Assembly (NCBI GenBank): GCA_030704615.1
Contig: CM060733.1
Coordinates: forward strand, 3,658,001-3,722,000
Length of the DNA stretch: 64,000 bases
Reading direction: 5' to 3'
Source: Takakia lepidozioides
Taxonomy: Eukaryota; Plantae; Bryophyta
Shown here: positions 10,787 through 22,696 of the stretch, piece after piece
Numbering within the stretch: position 1 is the stretch's first letter
Layout of the letters: each line of letters begins with the position of its first letter
Notes under the pieces: generated by a model
The model's database searches: none
What the model saw: the letters and a program-made list of their open reading frames with translations, nothing else
What the model was told of the DNA's origin: nothing
Translations under genes and position numbers: made by a program

Positions 10787-13570
10787 GGAAAATAACTTCT
10801 TGAACGAAGTAACCCTTCGTCGAGACTGACCCTTTTCTTCCCTGCTTCTGTTTGATGTTCAAAGGAGAGAGAGAGAGAGCACAATGGCTACATAGGTTGA
10901 TAAGGCCTGGCATTTAGAACAGGTTTAGATAGGTTTGGCTTGCCGAGGCGATCTATAATATACAGCCATGAAGTGTCAAGAAGGGTTAGAAAGAGCTCAA
11001 CTGTGCAGAGGGCATTTCTTCAAACGGCGCATCCAGGAGAGCGTTCTCCAGTGAGAATCCCAGGGAAAAAGGTGAGCATATTTATACTTCACAATGGTGG
11101 GACAACCTACATATCAAGGTTTAGAGGGTTTACCCCTAGGACGCCTCTCTTTCTTCTTACATGACGTGAAGAAGGTTTTCTGTTCTGCAAAAGTGGCTGT
11201 CCCTGTCTGTATCATAGGTTGTTGTTCCTAAACAGGCCATGAAATTGCATTGCGCAAGGGTTTTTCTTGGTGTTTACAAGGTACTTGGGAGGGTCTTCTT
11301 GGTTTTGGGAGGCCGTCTTATTGATAGCTACAAGAAACCTGCATGAGTAGATGGTCAACTGCAAGCAGCAGCAGGGGCACAATTGATAAAATCAGGCACT
11401 CTCACAATGACCACAGCCTCCAAAAGAGGACCAAGAGAGGGAGTCCACAAGACCTCTTCTGGAAATTCCGGGTATATGAGGACACTATGTGAGGCAGGGA
11501 AACTGAAAGAGGCTCTTCAAATTTTGAACCAATTAAGGAAGCATTTCAGCAGGTACAGATACTTATGTCTGTCTCTTGCATGCGTGCGTCAAGATGAAAG
11601 GCCTGGAAATGGGAAAGCAGGTGCATTCTCACATTACCCAAAGTGGATTCAAACCAAATGTTTTTCTACAGAACACCCTTGTGAACATGTATGTTTAATG
11701 CGGGAGCATCATGGCTGCACACCAAGTGTTCAACAAAATGCCTGAACGAGGTTTGTTCACATGGAATACAATGATGGTAGGATTTACCAAGTATGGGTGT
11801 GGTAAGAATGCCTTGGAGACATATGAGCAAATGATGCAGGAAGGGGTGAAGCCCAACCGGGTCACATTCGTTTGCGTTTGCAATGCATGTGCAAGCCTGG
11901 CAGCTCTGGAAAATGGCAAAGAGATCATGGTGACATCATCAAAGCTGGAATTGTACCAGGTGTCATTCTGAACAAAACCCTCATGGGAATGTATGACAAA
12001 TGCGGCAGCATCAAAGATGCAAAGGGGGTGTTCGACAATATGGCTGCACAGGATGTGGTGTCCTGGAATGCAATAATCGCAGGATATGCTAGGTATGGGT
12101 GTGGCATAGAGGCTTTGGAGACCTATGAGCAAATGATGCAGGAAGGAGTGAAGCCCAACCGGATCACATTTGTGTGTGTCTGCAATGCGTGTGTGAGCCT
12201 GGCAGCCCTGGAAAAGGGCAAAGAGGTCCATGGTGATGTAATCAAAGCTGGACTTGTACCAGATGTCATTCTGAACACTACCCTCGTGGACATGTATGCC
12301 AAATGTGGCAGCATCGAAGATGCAAAGGGAGTGTTCAAAAATATGACTGAACGAGATGTGGTGTCCTGGAATGCGATGATTGCAGGATATGTGCAGCATG
12401 GGTGTGGCATGGAGGCTTTGGAGACCTATGAGCAAATGATGCAGGAAGGGTGAAGCCCAACCGGGCCACATTTGTTTGTATTTGCAATGCATGTGTGAGC
12501 CTGGCAGCCCTGGAAAAGGGCAAAGAGGTCCATGGTGACATTATCAAAGCTGGAATTGTACCAGATGTCATTCTGAACACTGCCCTCATGGACATGTATG
12601 CCAAATGTGGCAGCATCGGAGATGCAAAGGGAGTGTTCGAGAATATGGCTGAACGGGATGTAGTGTCCTGGAATATAATGATTGCAGGATATGCCCAGCA
12701 TGGATATGAGCTGGAGGCTTTGGAGACCTATGAGCAAATGATGCAGGAAGGGGTGAAGCCCAACTGGGTCACATTCACTTGCATTTGCAATGCATGCGCG
12801 AGCCTGTCAGCCTTGGAAAAAGACAAAGAGGTCCATGAAGACATCATCAAAGCTGGAATCGTACCAGATCTGATTCTGAACAATACCCTTGTGGACATGT
12901 ATGCCAAATGCAGCAACATCAGAGGTGCAAAGGGAGAGTTTGACAATATGGCTGAACGAGATGTAGTGTCCTGGAGTTCGATGATTGCAGGATATGTGCA
13001 GCATGGGTGTGGGATGGAGGCTTTAGAGACTTATGAGCAAATGATGCAGGAAGGTGTGAAGCCCAACCGGGTCACATTTGTTTGTGTTTGCAATGCGTGT
13101 GCGGGCCTGGCAACCTTGGAAAAGGGTAGGAAGGTCCATGGTGACATCATCAAAGCTGGGATTGTACCAGATGTCATTCTGAACAATACCCTCCTGGACA
13201 TGTATGCCAAATGTGGCAGCATTGAAGATGCAAAGGCAATGTTCGAAAGTATGGCTGAGCGAACTGTGGTGTCCTGGAATGTGATGATTGCAGGATATGC
13301 CCAGCATGGTTGTCATAGGGAGGCCCTGCAACTATTTGAAGGAATGCAAAAGGAAGGCTTGAAGCTAGACAATATCACCTTCATATGTGTTACTGTTCTC
13401 TCCGCATGCAGCCATGTTGGCCTAGTGGATGAAGCACGACACTACTTTAATTCCCTGAGTCAAGATCACGCTCACTACAACAGATTGCGGCTTTTATTAC
13501 TCCCATGGGTGCGCAGTCATGACAGATTTGTGGCAGAAATGCCATTTGCAGTCGTAAAATGCTTTTGAAG
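10787..13570 (+). pseudogene. PDF-PLS-PPR pseudogene with five near-identical PLS triplets, truncated after L2
   Basis: RRAFSS...SQWWDNLHIK|gt at about 11030-11118. IDSYKKPA*VDGQL is in frame with the linker and TLCEAGKLKEAL at 11320-11530. The 303-bp PLS units lie at 11851-13360 with 1-bp deletions near 11920 and 12450. Ends ...LSACSHVGLVDEA; no E/DYW. Confidence 0.9.
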
Positions 13571-13931
13571 TCATAATGCAGGTCTGGAGAAGGCGTATAT
13601 GCGACTGCATGGCTTCGGACTCTGCGCAACACAGGTCAAACATGTTTGACCACGAATATTGGCATGGCAGATATGACTACCAGTCACGGTCATGGCTACA
13701 CTAGAATGACGTGTGCATATTGCAAGACAGACATATGACTTCATGACTCTCACTCTAATGCATTATGCCAGATCATCACATGGATGAATCACTACATGAC
13801 TACACGTGTCGACACATGCTTTTTTGGTTATATATATAATATATGAGTATTTATATCTTTAAAAAACGGAGACTCTTACCACTAGAATGAATTAAAAAAA
13901 CCCAAAAAAAACAAAGATTTAAAAAAAATCA

Positions 13932-14116
13932 CATCGGCTGGTAAGTGCACAGTGTGTCGCCCTTGTGGTTTGGGGTTCAAACCCGCTGCCCTTATCCCGT
14001 GTGTGGGATTGTTCGAGACGGTATGTCTTGACGTTGATCGTCCTGTAGGTCTTATGGCCCATAAATGAAGGCGGGTGAATTTTCCCCCTCCTCAAGGGCT
14101 TGTGGTTTCCTTTAAG

Positions 14117-14149
<33 letters not shown>
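13932..14149 (+). mobile_element. tRNA-derived SINE with poly(A) tail
   Basis: A-box-like GGCTGGTAAGTG, B-box GGTTCAAACCC (about 13974-13984), a 3' A-run of about 30 nt, and a probable TSD AAAAAAAATCA on both sides. Confidence 0.7.
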
Positions 14150-14152
<3 letters not shown>

Positions 14153-14424
14153 AAAAGGGGCTTTTAGGGTTTACAAAAAGGTTAAAAACTTAAAAAGTTG
14201 CCCATCACAGTAGCGTGAACAGACTTAGAGCGAGCGGGAGGGAGAGAGAGAGAGGGTTGGGACTTAGAGCGAGCGAGCGGGAGAGAGGGCAAACATGCAT
14301 GGGAGACAAACATGCATGGCAGTTGGATCAACCTTCGTATCTGGAGCAAGCAAAACGCTAGGGTATGTTTGCGAGGAGGTTTCGGCTGGGAGCCCGCCGT
14401 TCTTGGGAGAGTCGGCTTCGTCTT

Positions 14425-15320
14425 AGCAGGCCGTGTTTCAATCTCTACCCGCTCGGCCCTGATTTTATAGCACGGAGCAGAGCTGGCATGAGTTTCTGAA
14501 AGATCCTTCACGATGGTGGGACAACCGCAATCGCAAGGTGTGGCTTTTTCTTAATGTACGATGTGAAGAAGTTTGTCCATCCTGCAAATGTGGGTTGGCT
14601 CTCCTGTTAGTACCATGATTTGGTATTATTCCTGATGTTTACAAGGTTCTTGGGAGAGTTAGCTTGGTCTTAGTAGGCCGTGTTTCAATCTCTGCCCACT
14701 CAGCTGCACCGTGGTGGTTCTCACTGACCAATCCGACATTACCTAACTACAGACACAAGCAGCACACACTAGAGGTCATCTTGGGTTCATGTTCAGTCAA
14801 ATCCTCCATGGGTCATGACACAAGGTCGAGGACAATGTGGTGAGGGCACCTTCTTCTTCGACCTATTTCAGCCTCTTTTGCCCTCTCATCAGACTCGGCC
14901 CTGAATTTGAATCATGGAGCAGAGCTGGCATGAGTTTTCTTAAGATCCTTCACGAGGGTGCGACCGCAATCGCAAGGTGTGGTTTTTTTTTAATGTACGA
15001 TGTGCAGAATTTTGTCCATCCTGCAAATGTGGGTTGTTGGCTCCTGTTAGTACCATGATTTGATATTCTTCCTGATGTTTACAAGGTTCTTGGGAGAGTC
15101 AGCTTGGTCTTAGCAGACCGTGTTTCAAAGTCTGCCTGCTCAGCTGCACCGTGGTGCAGGTTCTCATTGACCAATCCGACATTACCTGACTACAGACACA
15201 AGCATCACACACAAGGTCAAATCCTCCATGGGTCATGACACAAGGTCAAGGACAGTGTGGTGAGGGCACCTTCTTCTTCGACCTATTTCAGCATGTTTTG
15301 CCCTCTCATCAGACGCCCTG
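14425..15320 (+). pseudogene. Tandemly duplicated type A PDF exon pairs
   Basis: TEQSWHEFLKDPSRWWDNRNRK|gt at about 14472-14537 and TNPTLPNYRHKQ...NPPWV at about 14727-14815. The whole unit of about 430 bp is repeated at about 14895-15315. Confidence 0.8.
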
Positions 15321-17311
15321 AGATGCATATTGAATTTTGTAAGTTAGCTCATTGCTCGTTGATAAGTAGGGTTGGGGGTGTTTGCTGGAACAATTCTAGG
15401 CTGTCATTGTCAGCTGCTAGCAGGAAGGCAAGGATGTATGCATAGATAGCTGAAGGAGCAGGGATAGAGTGTGGGCCCAAATTCGTCCAAGAGGGCGGGA
15501 TTTCAAGCTCCATTATTTCAGTGTCATCCATTCAGCCAGGGATTTCCTGGTGACATTGCCAAGGCTTTACTCGCAACATGATGCTTGTAAAGCTTCCTTA
15601 GCTTGAATGCTGATTATGCTTGAATTATTAGGTTTGTAAAGCTAGTTTTGAAATTTTCATGGTAATCAGCTCTCTTGAAAATCTGTAGGTTGCAAGCCAT
15701 TTACAGCGGGCCGTGGGTGGACTGGAAGACAGCCATTGAAAGTCCTGGTGCAAGTTAATACCAGTGGAGAGCAGAATAAGCTTCATATGCCCTTTTGGTG
15801 CTAGTTATCTTCATGTATGGTACTGTTGAACACCAACAATCTTTTGGTGAGATTCTGTCTTGGTGCACATATCTGATAAAGAAAGACGGTAATGTTTGTT
15901 CTGAAACCTGAAGGCGTGAAATGATTCAACACAACAAGAGCATTACGCGTGTCACAGTACAAGCTGTAAGAAAGCAAGAGATACATAGTTATACAGTCAA
16001 ACAGACAACTATCAGTTTCTGTGGAATCTCTTGCCAATGGCAGGATGGGTTGGGAATAGCCAAGTCAGGAGGTGAATGCCTGTCAAATTACCACATGTCC
16101 TTTTGAACACTGCCCCTGCCCTGGTGGACATGTACGCCAATTGTGGGTGCATTGAGGATGCAAAGGGAGTGTTCAACACTGTGGCTGAACGAGATGTGGT
16201 GTCGTGGAGTGCGATGCTTGCTGGGTATGCACAGCTGGGGTGCGGGGTGGAGGCTCCAACCTTTGAGAAAATGATGGGGGAAGGGGTGAAGGCCGCCGAC
16301 ATAACGTTTGTGTGCATTTGCAGTGCGTCTGCAGCCCTGGAAAAGGGCAAAGAGATCCCTGGTGACATCATCAAATCTGCAATTGTACCAGATGTCATCC
16401 TGAACATGGCTCTGGTGGCCATGTATGCTAAATGTGGGAGCATTGAGGATGCCAAGGGAGTGTTCAACACTATGGCTGAACTAGATGTGGTGTCATGGAA
16501 TGCGATGCTTGAAGGGTGTGCAGAGCAGGAGCGCGGGATGGGGCTTTGGACACCTGAAAGCAAATGATGGAGAAAAGGATGAAGGTACCTTCTTCAACAT
16601 ATTTCACCCTGTTTTCCCTGCTAGTGTTTGCTTTGACAATTCTAGGCTGTCATTGTCAGCTGCTAGCAGCAAGGCGAGGATGTATGCATGATTTGTGCAG
16701 AGGCATGGATAGCTGAAGGAGCAGGGATTTCGTGTGGGTCCAGATTCATCCAAGAAGGCCAGATTTCAAGCACAAGATTACCTGTGATTCCCTGTGGATC
16801 AATAGCTACAAGAAACCTGCATGGGTAGATGGTCAACTGGGAGCAGCGGCACAAGTGATAAAATCAGGCACTGCTAATGAAGGCATCTTCTTCAACACAT
16901 TTCACCCTGTTTTTCCCTCTTATCAGAATCGGCCCTAAATTTACATGTTCAATTCTGCAAGTTAGCTGGTTGAGTGAATCTAGTTTGGAGTGACTTTGAC
17001 ATGATACTGCCAATGTGACAACAGGAAAGTGTCAAAAAATAGGTAACAGAGATGAGGAGAAGCTGTGGAATGAATACTTATCTGAGCCCAGTCACTGATG
17101 GGTCAACCGGGGCAGAAAGGTGAATGCCTGCAAAAACATTTCAGAGAGTAGCAGATGCAATTCAGCATAGGAACTAGTGTGCTACGCTGAGTTGGGTGTT
17201 TCCTAGAACAAATGTAGGCTGTCATTGTCAGCTGCTAGCAGCAAGGCAAGGATGAATGCTTGATTTGTGCAGAGGCATGGATAGCTGAAGGAATAGAGAT
17301 AGAGTGTGGGT

Positions 17312-17565
17312 GACGCAGGGTGCTGGGCAATGGGCAAGATGTCTTTGTATAAACGTGAGTGACCTTCCTATCATCCTGGGTTTCATTTTTAGTGCATGTT
17401 TCTTTGTGAAGTATCTGACGACTTCGCCAATACACACCAACCTTTTTGCTTTGGTTTGTTTAGGACATGGGATAGAAGTTACCATAAACAACACTGGCAT
17501 TGGTTTTTCATATATGGTATTAGATAATTCTCTTAATTGTTTCCGCCTTGGCAGACGTGCGGCAA
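17312..17565 (-). mobile_element. Possible GIY-YIG (Penelope-like) endonuclease relic
   Basis: Minus-strand SIPCPK...VCIGEVVRYF...HLAHC resembles the IPC...YIGETxR pattern. Inserted between PDF and E2 relics. Confidence 0.3.
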
Positions 17566-17569
17566 CATC

Positions 17570-18091
17570 TATTTTCAAGTTGGATGAACAGGACGCTGCA
17601 ACTTACGTATTGTTATCAAACATCTATGCTGCAGCTGGCAGGTGGGACGAGACTGCAAAGGTGATGAAAATGATGAAGGTCAGAGGGGTTAGAAAGGAGT
17701 GAGGTCAGTGCTGCATTAAGATAGTGCACACCTTCATTGTAGATGACACATTCCATCCAAAATTCAAGGAAATCTATGCTGAGTTGGGAAATTGTCTGGG
17801 CAGATGAAGGAGGCAGGGTATGTGCCTGACACTCTTGCTTTGTATTGCATGATATGGAGGAGGAGCAAAAGGAATTTTCTCTTTGCTACCACAGTGAGAA
17901 GCTAGCCATTGCTTTTGGGCTGATCAGCACGCCCCCTGGGACGTGTCATCAAAAATCTTCGGGTGTGTGGTCACTGCCACACCGCCACCAAGTTCATCTC
18001 CAAGATTGTTGGCTCAGCAATTGTTGTACAAGATGCCAATCGCTTTCACCACTTTGATGGCTGGGTGTGTTCTTGTGGAGACTATTGGTGA
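17570..18091 (+). pseudogene. E2-DYW deaminase relic
   Basis: DAATYVLLSNIYAAAGRWD...[20 protein letters not shown]...[14 protein letters not shown]...CSCGDYW* with a stop and frameshifts. Confidence 0.9.
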
Positions 18092-21000
18092 AACAGCAGC
18101 ATCCATGAAAAGAAAGTGCACCACTTAAACATGAAGGGTGAAAGGTATCATGTTTTGTAACTGAATAGTAAAGCGACAGGAAGAGCAGAGCTGACAAACC
18201 GTTTGCTGTCGCATTTTTTGTGAGCTTTCCACCATGGATGAAGGATCATCCAACACCAGCAGTGAAGTCCCGGGAAAAAACAGTTCCATCATCGTCTTTC
18301 TTCTATAGATTTGTATGTTTTCCTGACTCCAACATTTATTTCTCTGTGCACCTCGATGTGTTTTATTGTTCTCTCCTTCTGTTTCTCTCCGTAATAGAGT
18401 ATCCAAAGATTTTAACATCTACCGTTGTTGTAAGGTACTAGCTTTGATAACACTTGGGGAAAAGGAGGGCAGCTGTGCTCAAGATCAACTGAATCAACGA
18501 TTATCTGGAACGACCGCTTCCCGCCATGTTGGTAGCTCTTGTAGTGTAGCTCTCGTAGTGCTAGACAGTTAGAAGAGCCTCAGGAATCTGATGTTAATTG
18601 GCGCCACAAGCGCTCTCTTAGGAATGGCAAATCTAAGGCCCATCTTTCTTTCTTTTCTTCTAGGCATTAGAACCGTGAACGCCAGCTTCTAGTCCTTCAC
18701 AGCTCCATACCCTCGCTGCGGAATCTTCTTGTCCTAAGCTTCCTGCAGCTCTTCCTGTTTTTAGGTTGGGGCGGTGTCCCCGTGTCCCCTTTCTCATCCT
18801 CATGGTCTGTACTCCGAGGTTATTTTTTCCTCGCTTATTTCAATACATTTCCCTGGCCCACAATACCCTCGTGGACATGTATGCCAATTAATGTTGGAGG
18901 CATTTCAGCAGATTCAGATACGTTTGTTTGTCTCTTGCTTAAGTGCATCAAGATGAAAGGTCTGGAAGCTGGAAAGCAGGTGCACACTCACATTATCCAA
19001 AGTGGATTCATGCCAAGGATGCGAAGGGAGTTTTCAACACTATGGCTGAACAAGATGTGGTGTCGTGGCACGCTATGCTTGCAGGGTATGCACAGCAGGG
19101 ACGTGGGTTGGTGGCTTTGGAAACCTATGATCAATCGATGGGGGAAGGGGTGAAGCCCAACCACATCACGTTTGTTTGTGATTCCAATGCCTGCAAGCCT
19201 GACAGCCCTGGAAAAGGGTAAAGAGGTCCATGGTGACATTGTCAAAGCTGGGATTGTACCAGATGTCATTCTGAACTCTGCCCTGGTGGACATGTATGCC
19301 AAATATGGGTGCATTGAGGATGCAAAGCAAGGAACTTATGTGTACTCTGCGAAGGGGTGAAGCCCAACCACATCATCTTAGTTTGTGTTTGCAATGCGTA
19401 TGCAAGCTTGGGAGCCCTGGAAAAGGGGAAAGAGGTCCATGGTGACATCGTCAAAGCTGGAATTGTACCCGATGTTATTCTGAACAATGCCCTCGTGGAC
19501 ATGTGGGAGCATCGAGGATGCGAAGGCAGTGTTCAACTATATCGCTGAATGAAATGTGGTGTCGTGGAACGCAATGCTTGCAGGGTATGCACAGCAGGGG
19601 CGTGGGATGGAGGCTTTGGAGACCTATGAGCAAATGATAGGGGAAGGGGTGAAGCCCGACCACATCACGTCTGTGTGTTTGCAAGCCTGGCAGCCCTGGA
19701 AATGAGCGAAGGGGTGCATGGTTGCATCGCAAAAGCAGGAGTTGGTGAGAAGAATGATGAAGGTCAGAGGGGTTAGAAAGGAGCCAGGTCGTTGCTGCAT
19801 TGAGATTTGCAACAGGGTGCACACCTTCGCTGTAGATGACAGGTTGCATCCCAGAATTAAGGAAATCCATGCTGAGCTGAGAAGATTGTCTGGGCAGATG
19901 AAAGGAGGCGGGGTATGTGCCTGACATGTGCTTTGTATTTCATGATGTGGGGAAGGAGGAAAAGGAATTTTCTCTTTGCCACCACAGTGAGAAGCTGGCC
20001 ATTGGTTTTGGGCTGATCAGGTTTGTGTGTGTTTGCAGTGCGTGTGCAAGCCTGGCAGCCCTGGAGAAGGGCAAAAAGGTGCATGGTTGCATTGCCAAAG
20101 CTGGAATTGTACCAGATGTGATTCTGAACAATACCCTCATGGACATGGATGCCAAATGTGGGAGCATTGAGGATGCGGAGGGAGTGTTCTTGCTTGCAGG
20201 ATATGCCAGCAGGGGCGCAGGATGGAGGCCTTGGAGAACAAATGCTGGGGAAAAGGTGAAGTGCAACCACATCACGTTTGTGTGCGTTGGCAATGCTTGT
20301 GCAAGCCTGGCAGCCCTGGAAAAGGGAAAAGTGTGAGTCCAGATTCAGCAGCAGCGGCACAATTCATAAAATCAGGCACTGCTAATGAAGACACCTTCTT
20401 CAAAACATTTCACCCTGTTTTCCCCTCTTATCGACATCGTCCTTAAATTTTCATGTTCATTTCTGCAAGTTACTGGTTGAGTAAACCTTTGATAGTTTGC
20501 TGAGATGTGGTATCGTGGAACTCGATGCTTGCAGGGTATGCACAGCAGGGGCACTGGATGAGGCTTTGGCACCAGATGTTGTGTTTGGTACACTATGTAA
20601 ATCCACTAAGACCAGGGAGTAGTTGAGCAGCTCAGTCTGAACCCTTTCCTAGTGCCAACAAACTCTGATGTGGATTCACGCCAAGAAAGGTCTGGAAGCT
20701 GGAAAGCAGGTGCACACTCACAAACATCGCAGGGTATGCACAGCAGGGACGTGGGATGGTGGACTTGGAGACCTATGATCAAATTATGGGGGAAGGGGTG
20801 AAGCCCAACCACATCATGTTTTTGTGTGATTGCAATGCTTGTGCAAGCCTGGCAGCCCTGGAAAAGGTCAAAAGAGGTCTATGGTGACATTGTCAAAGCT
20901 GGAATTGTACCAGATGTCATTCTGAACTCTGCCCTGGTGGACATGTATGCCCAATGTGGGTGCATTGAGGATGCAAAGCAAGGAACTTATGTGTACTCTG

Positions 21001-21542
21001 TTTATGTACTGGGTGTGGCAGGGAGGCTTTGGAGATTGTGAATGGGTGATGCCTGGTAGGTGAACGTCATGTGTATTCTGATGCCTTTGCTAGTCTTTGA
21101 GCACTGAAAAAGTGCAGAGGATCTGTATGTATTTGTAAGCCTATACGTTCTGATGTGAGGTTCTCTGGTTTTATGACAGGAACAAAACAATTGTGATCAG
21201 GAAGTGAAGGGCCATCTCCTATTGGAATTCCTCAATCAACATAGTTGGGCCTGAATAAAACATCAATGGACTAGGCCTTTCGTCTTCACTAGGTGTTGCT
21301 GCTAAAAAAATAACCGATTGTGAGAGGGTCCCTAATCGAATGATGCTTCCAAGTACAGGTGAAGCAGAGGAATATAGCATACTGTTACATCGCACCTTGC
21401 ACCTAACTTCCCAACAAAGCGGTGTAGCATCAACCTCGGTCTGAGAGAGAAAGCCACAGTTCTATAGATTAGCGTGATTAATTTTAAAGTCGCACTCTTA
21501 GGGTTTAATTCTCCTAAAAAACCCTACTTTCATCTGCCCCTG

Positions 21543-21592
<50 letters not shown>

Positions 21593-21606
21593 CCATACAA
21601 ACAACC

Positions 21607-22330
21607 ATGTCAACGTCGGAAATAGCCGACACAATAGACACTGAAACGGACCAACAAATCCAGGAAATAACCCACCAGGACATGACAAACGTGATATACG
21701 ACAGTTTTACGTCCAATGACCATCATACCTTAAAGGTGGGGAACACATGGAAGCGCCTGCCCTACAGGACAAACTCCCATAGTGCCTTGTGGAACGTCCC
21801 TTCGGACCGTGAAGAAATAGCAATCTTCGTAGGTATTGGCAAAACCGGGAATTACAGATTCGTGACTTTCGCCAAAGAACTAAAAGACGCAAAATTCACA
21901 ATATTGATAGAAGACAGCCATTTCTTGTTCGACTATGCAAATACAATACAAAATGGTTTGATAATTGAAGGAGGAGAGGCGAGGACATGACGTGGTTAGG
22001 TGGAAACAACATAAGCTTCACGAAAAGCTCCTAAAAATTAACGCAAACAACTCTGGCTCGACGTCCGGTAACAACAAACGTCAAAAAACAAACAACGACG
22101 AGATGTCCAATACAATAGAAGTCCTTAACGAAAATGGCCAAAAAATGGATGGAGAATCCGTACGTTCAGGGGATCTCGTTGCAGTCAAGTGTAACATCCG
22201 ATCTTGGATGAATTTTCGTCAAAAGAAACACGGGCTTTCATTCCAACTAGAAGGGGTCAAACTGTTGGCCAAAGCACGAGAGGAGACAAAGTCGAATGAC
22301 GACAACTGGAGCAAAAGCATAGCTTGGTAG
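21607..22330 (+). CDS. Putative OB-fold ssDNA-binding protein, T7 gp2.5-like (about 240 aa, one frameshift near 21980)
   Basis: The C-terminal half IEVLNENGQKMDGESVRSGDLVAVKCNI...GLSFQLEGVKLL...NDDNW resembles gp2.5 VVDSKGKKMED..IGGGSKLKVKY...VKLQLESVMLV...EDDW (recalled from memory). The ATG is in an ACAACCATG context after a (CT)n tract. Confidence 0.5.
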
Positions 22331-22541
22331 AGCTTAAATTAGACATACCATATTTTATAAAGACCATCCTCCTTCTCCTTTTCAAAAAGTCTATCATGTC
22401 CCAATGCATGCTCACAACGGATAATAAAAAAATACTGATTTATCATAGTCCAAATCTACTTGTTGTACCAAGACGACCCATGGAAAACCCCTCCAACTCT
22501 CTCTCAAGTTCCTCCAGTATGGCCCATCCGTCCGGACGTCC

Positions 22542-22589
22542 TTCTCAGAAGTCGTCGCTAGTAGTGCGGAGCAACGCGAAGCCCTAGTT
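22542..22589 (+). mobile_element. Helitron-like 3' terminus
   Basis: TTCTCAGAAGTCGTCGCTAGTAGTGCGGAGCAACGCGAAGCCCTAG|TT, nearly identical to 3905-3952 with unrelated flanks. Confidence 0.5.
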
Positions 22590-22622
22590 TTATAATAACA
22601 CGCTACAACCCAAAGCATATCT

Positions 22623-22696
22623 GCTGGAGTAGCTCAGTTGGTTAGAGCGTGTGGCTGTTAACCTCAAGGTCGGAGGTTCGAACCCTCCTTCTAGCG
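22623..22696 (+). tRNA. trnN-GUU: tRNA-Asn (GTT)
   Basis: GCTGGAGTAGCTCAGTTGGTTAGAGC...CTGTTAA...GGTTCGAACCC...TTCTAGCG forms a cloverleaf. One T-T mismatch in the anticodon stem (TGTGG/CCTCA). Confidence 0.92.

Larger units (their letters stand above)
16090..21040 (+). pseudogene. Mosaic of PLS-PPR, E2/DYW and PDF fragments
   Basis: Many PPR pieces (ORFs starting 16076, 18943, 19172, 19357, 19917, 20826). PDF halves at 16744-16845 (IHPRRPDFKHKITCDSLWINSYKKPAWVDGQL) and about 17057-17120. A partial DYW ([12 protein letters not shown]) near 19980 is fused back to an L motif. Confidence 0.85.

Noticed and set aside
11851-13360. Regularly spaced repeats as a CRISPR-like array
   Set aside because: The units are coding PLS triplets with no repeat-spacer structure, and the context is eukaryotic.
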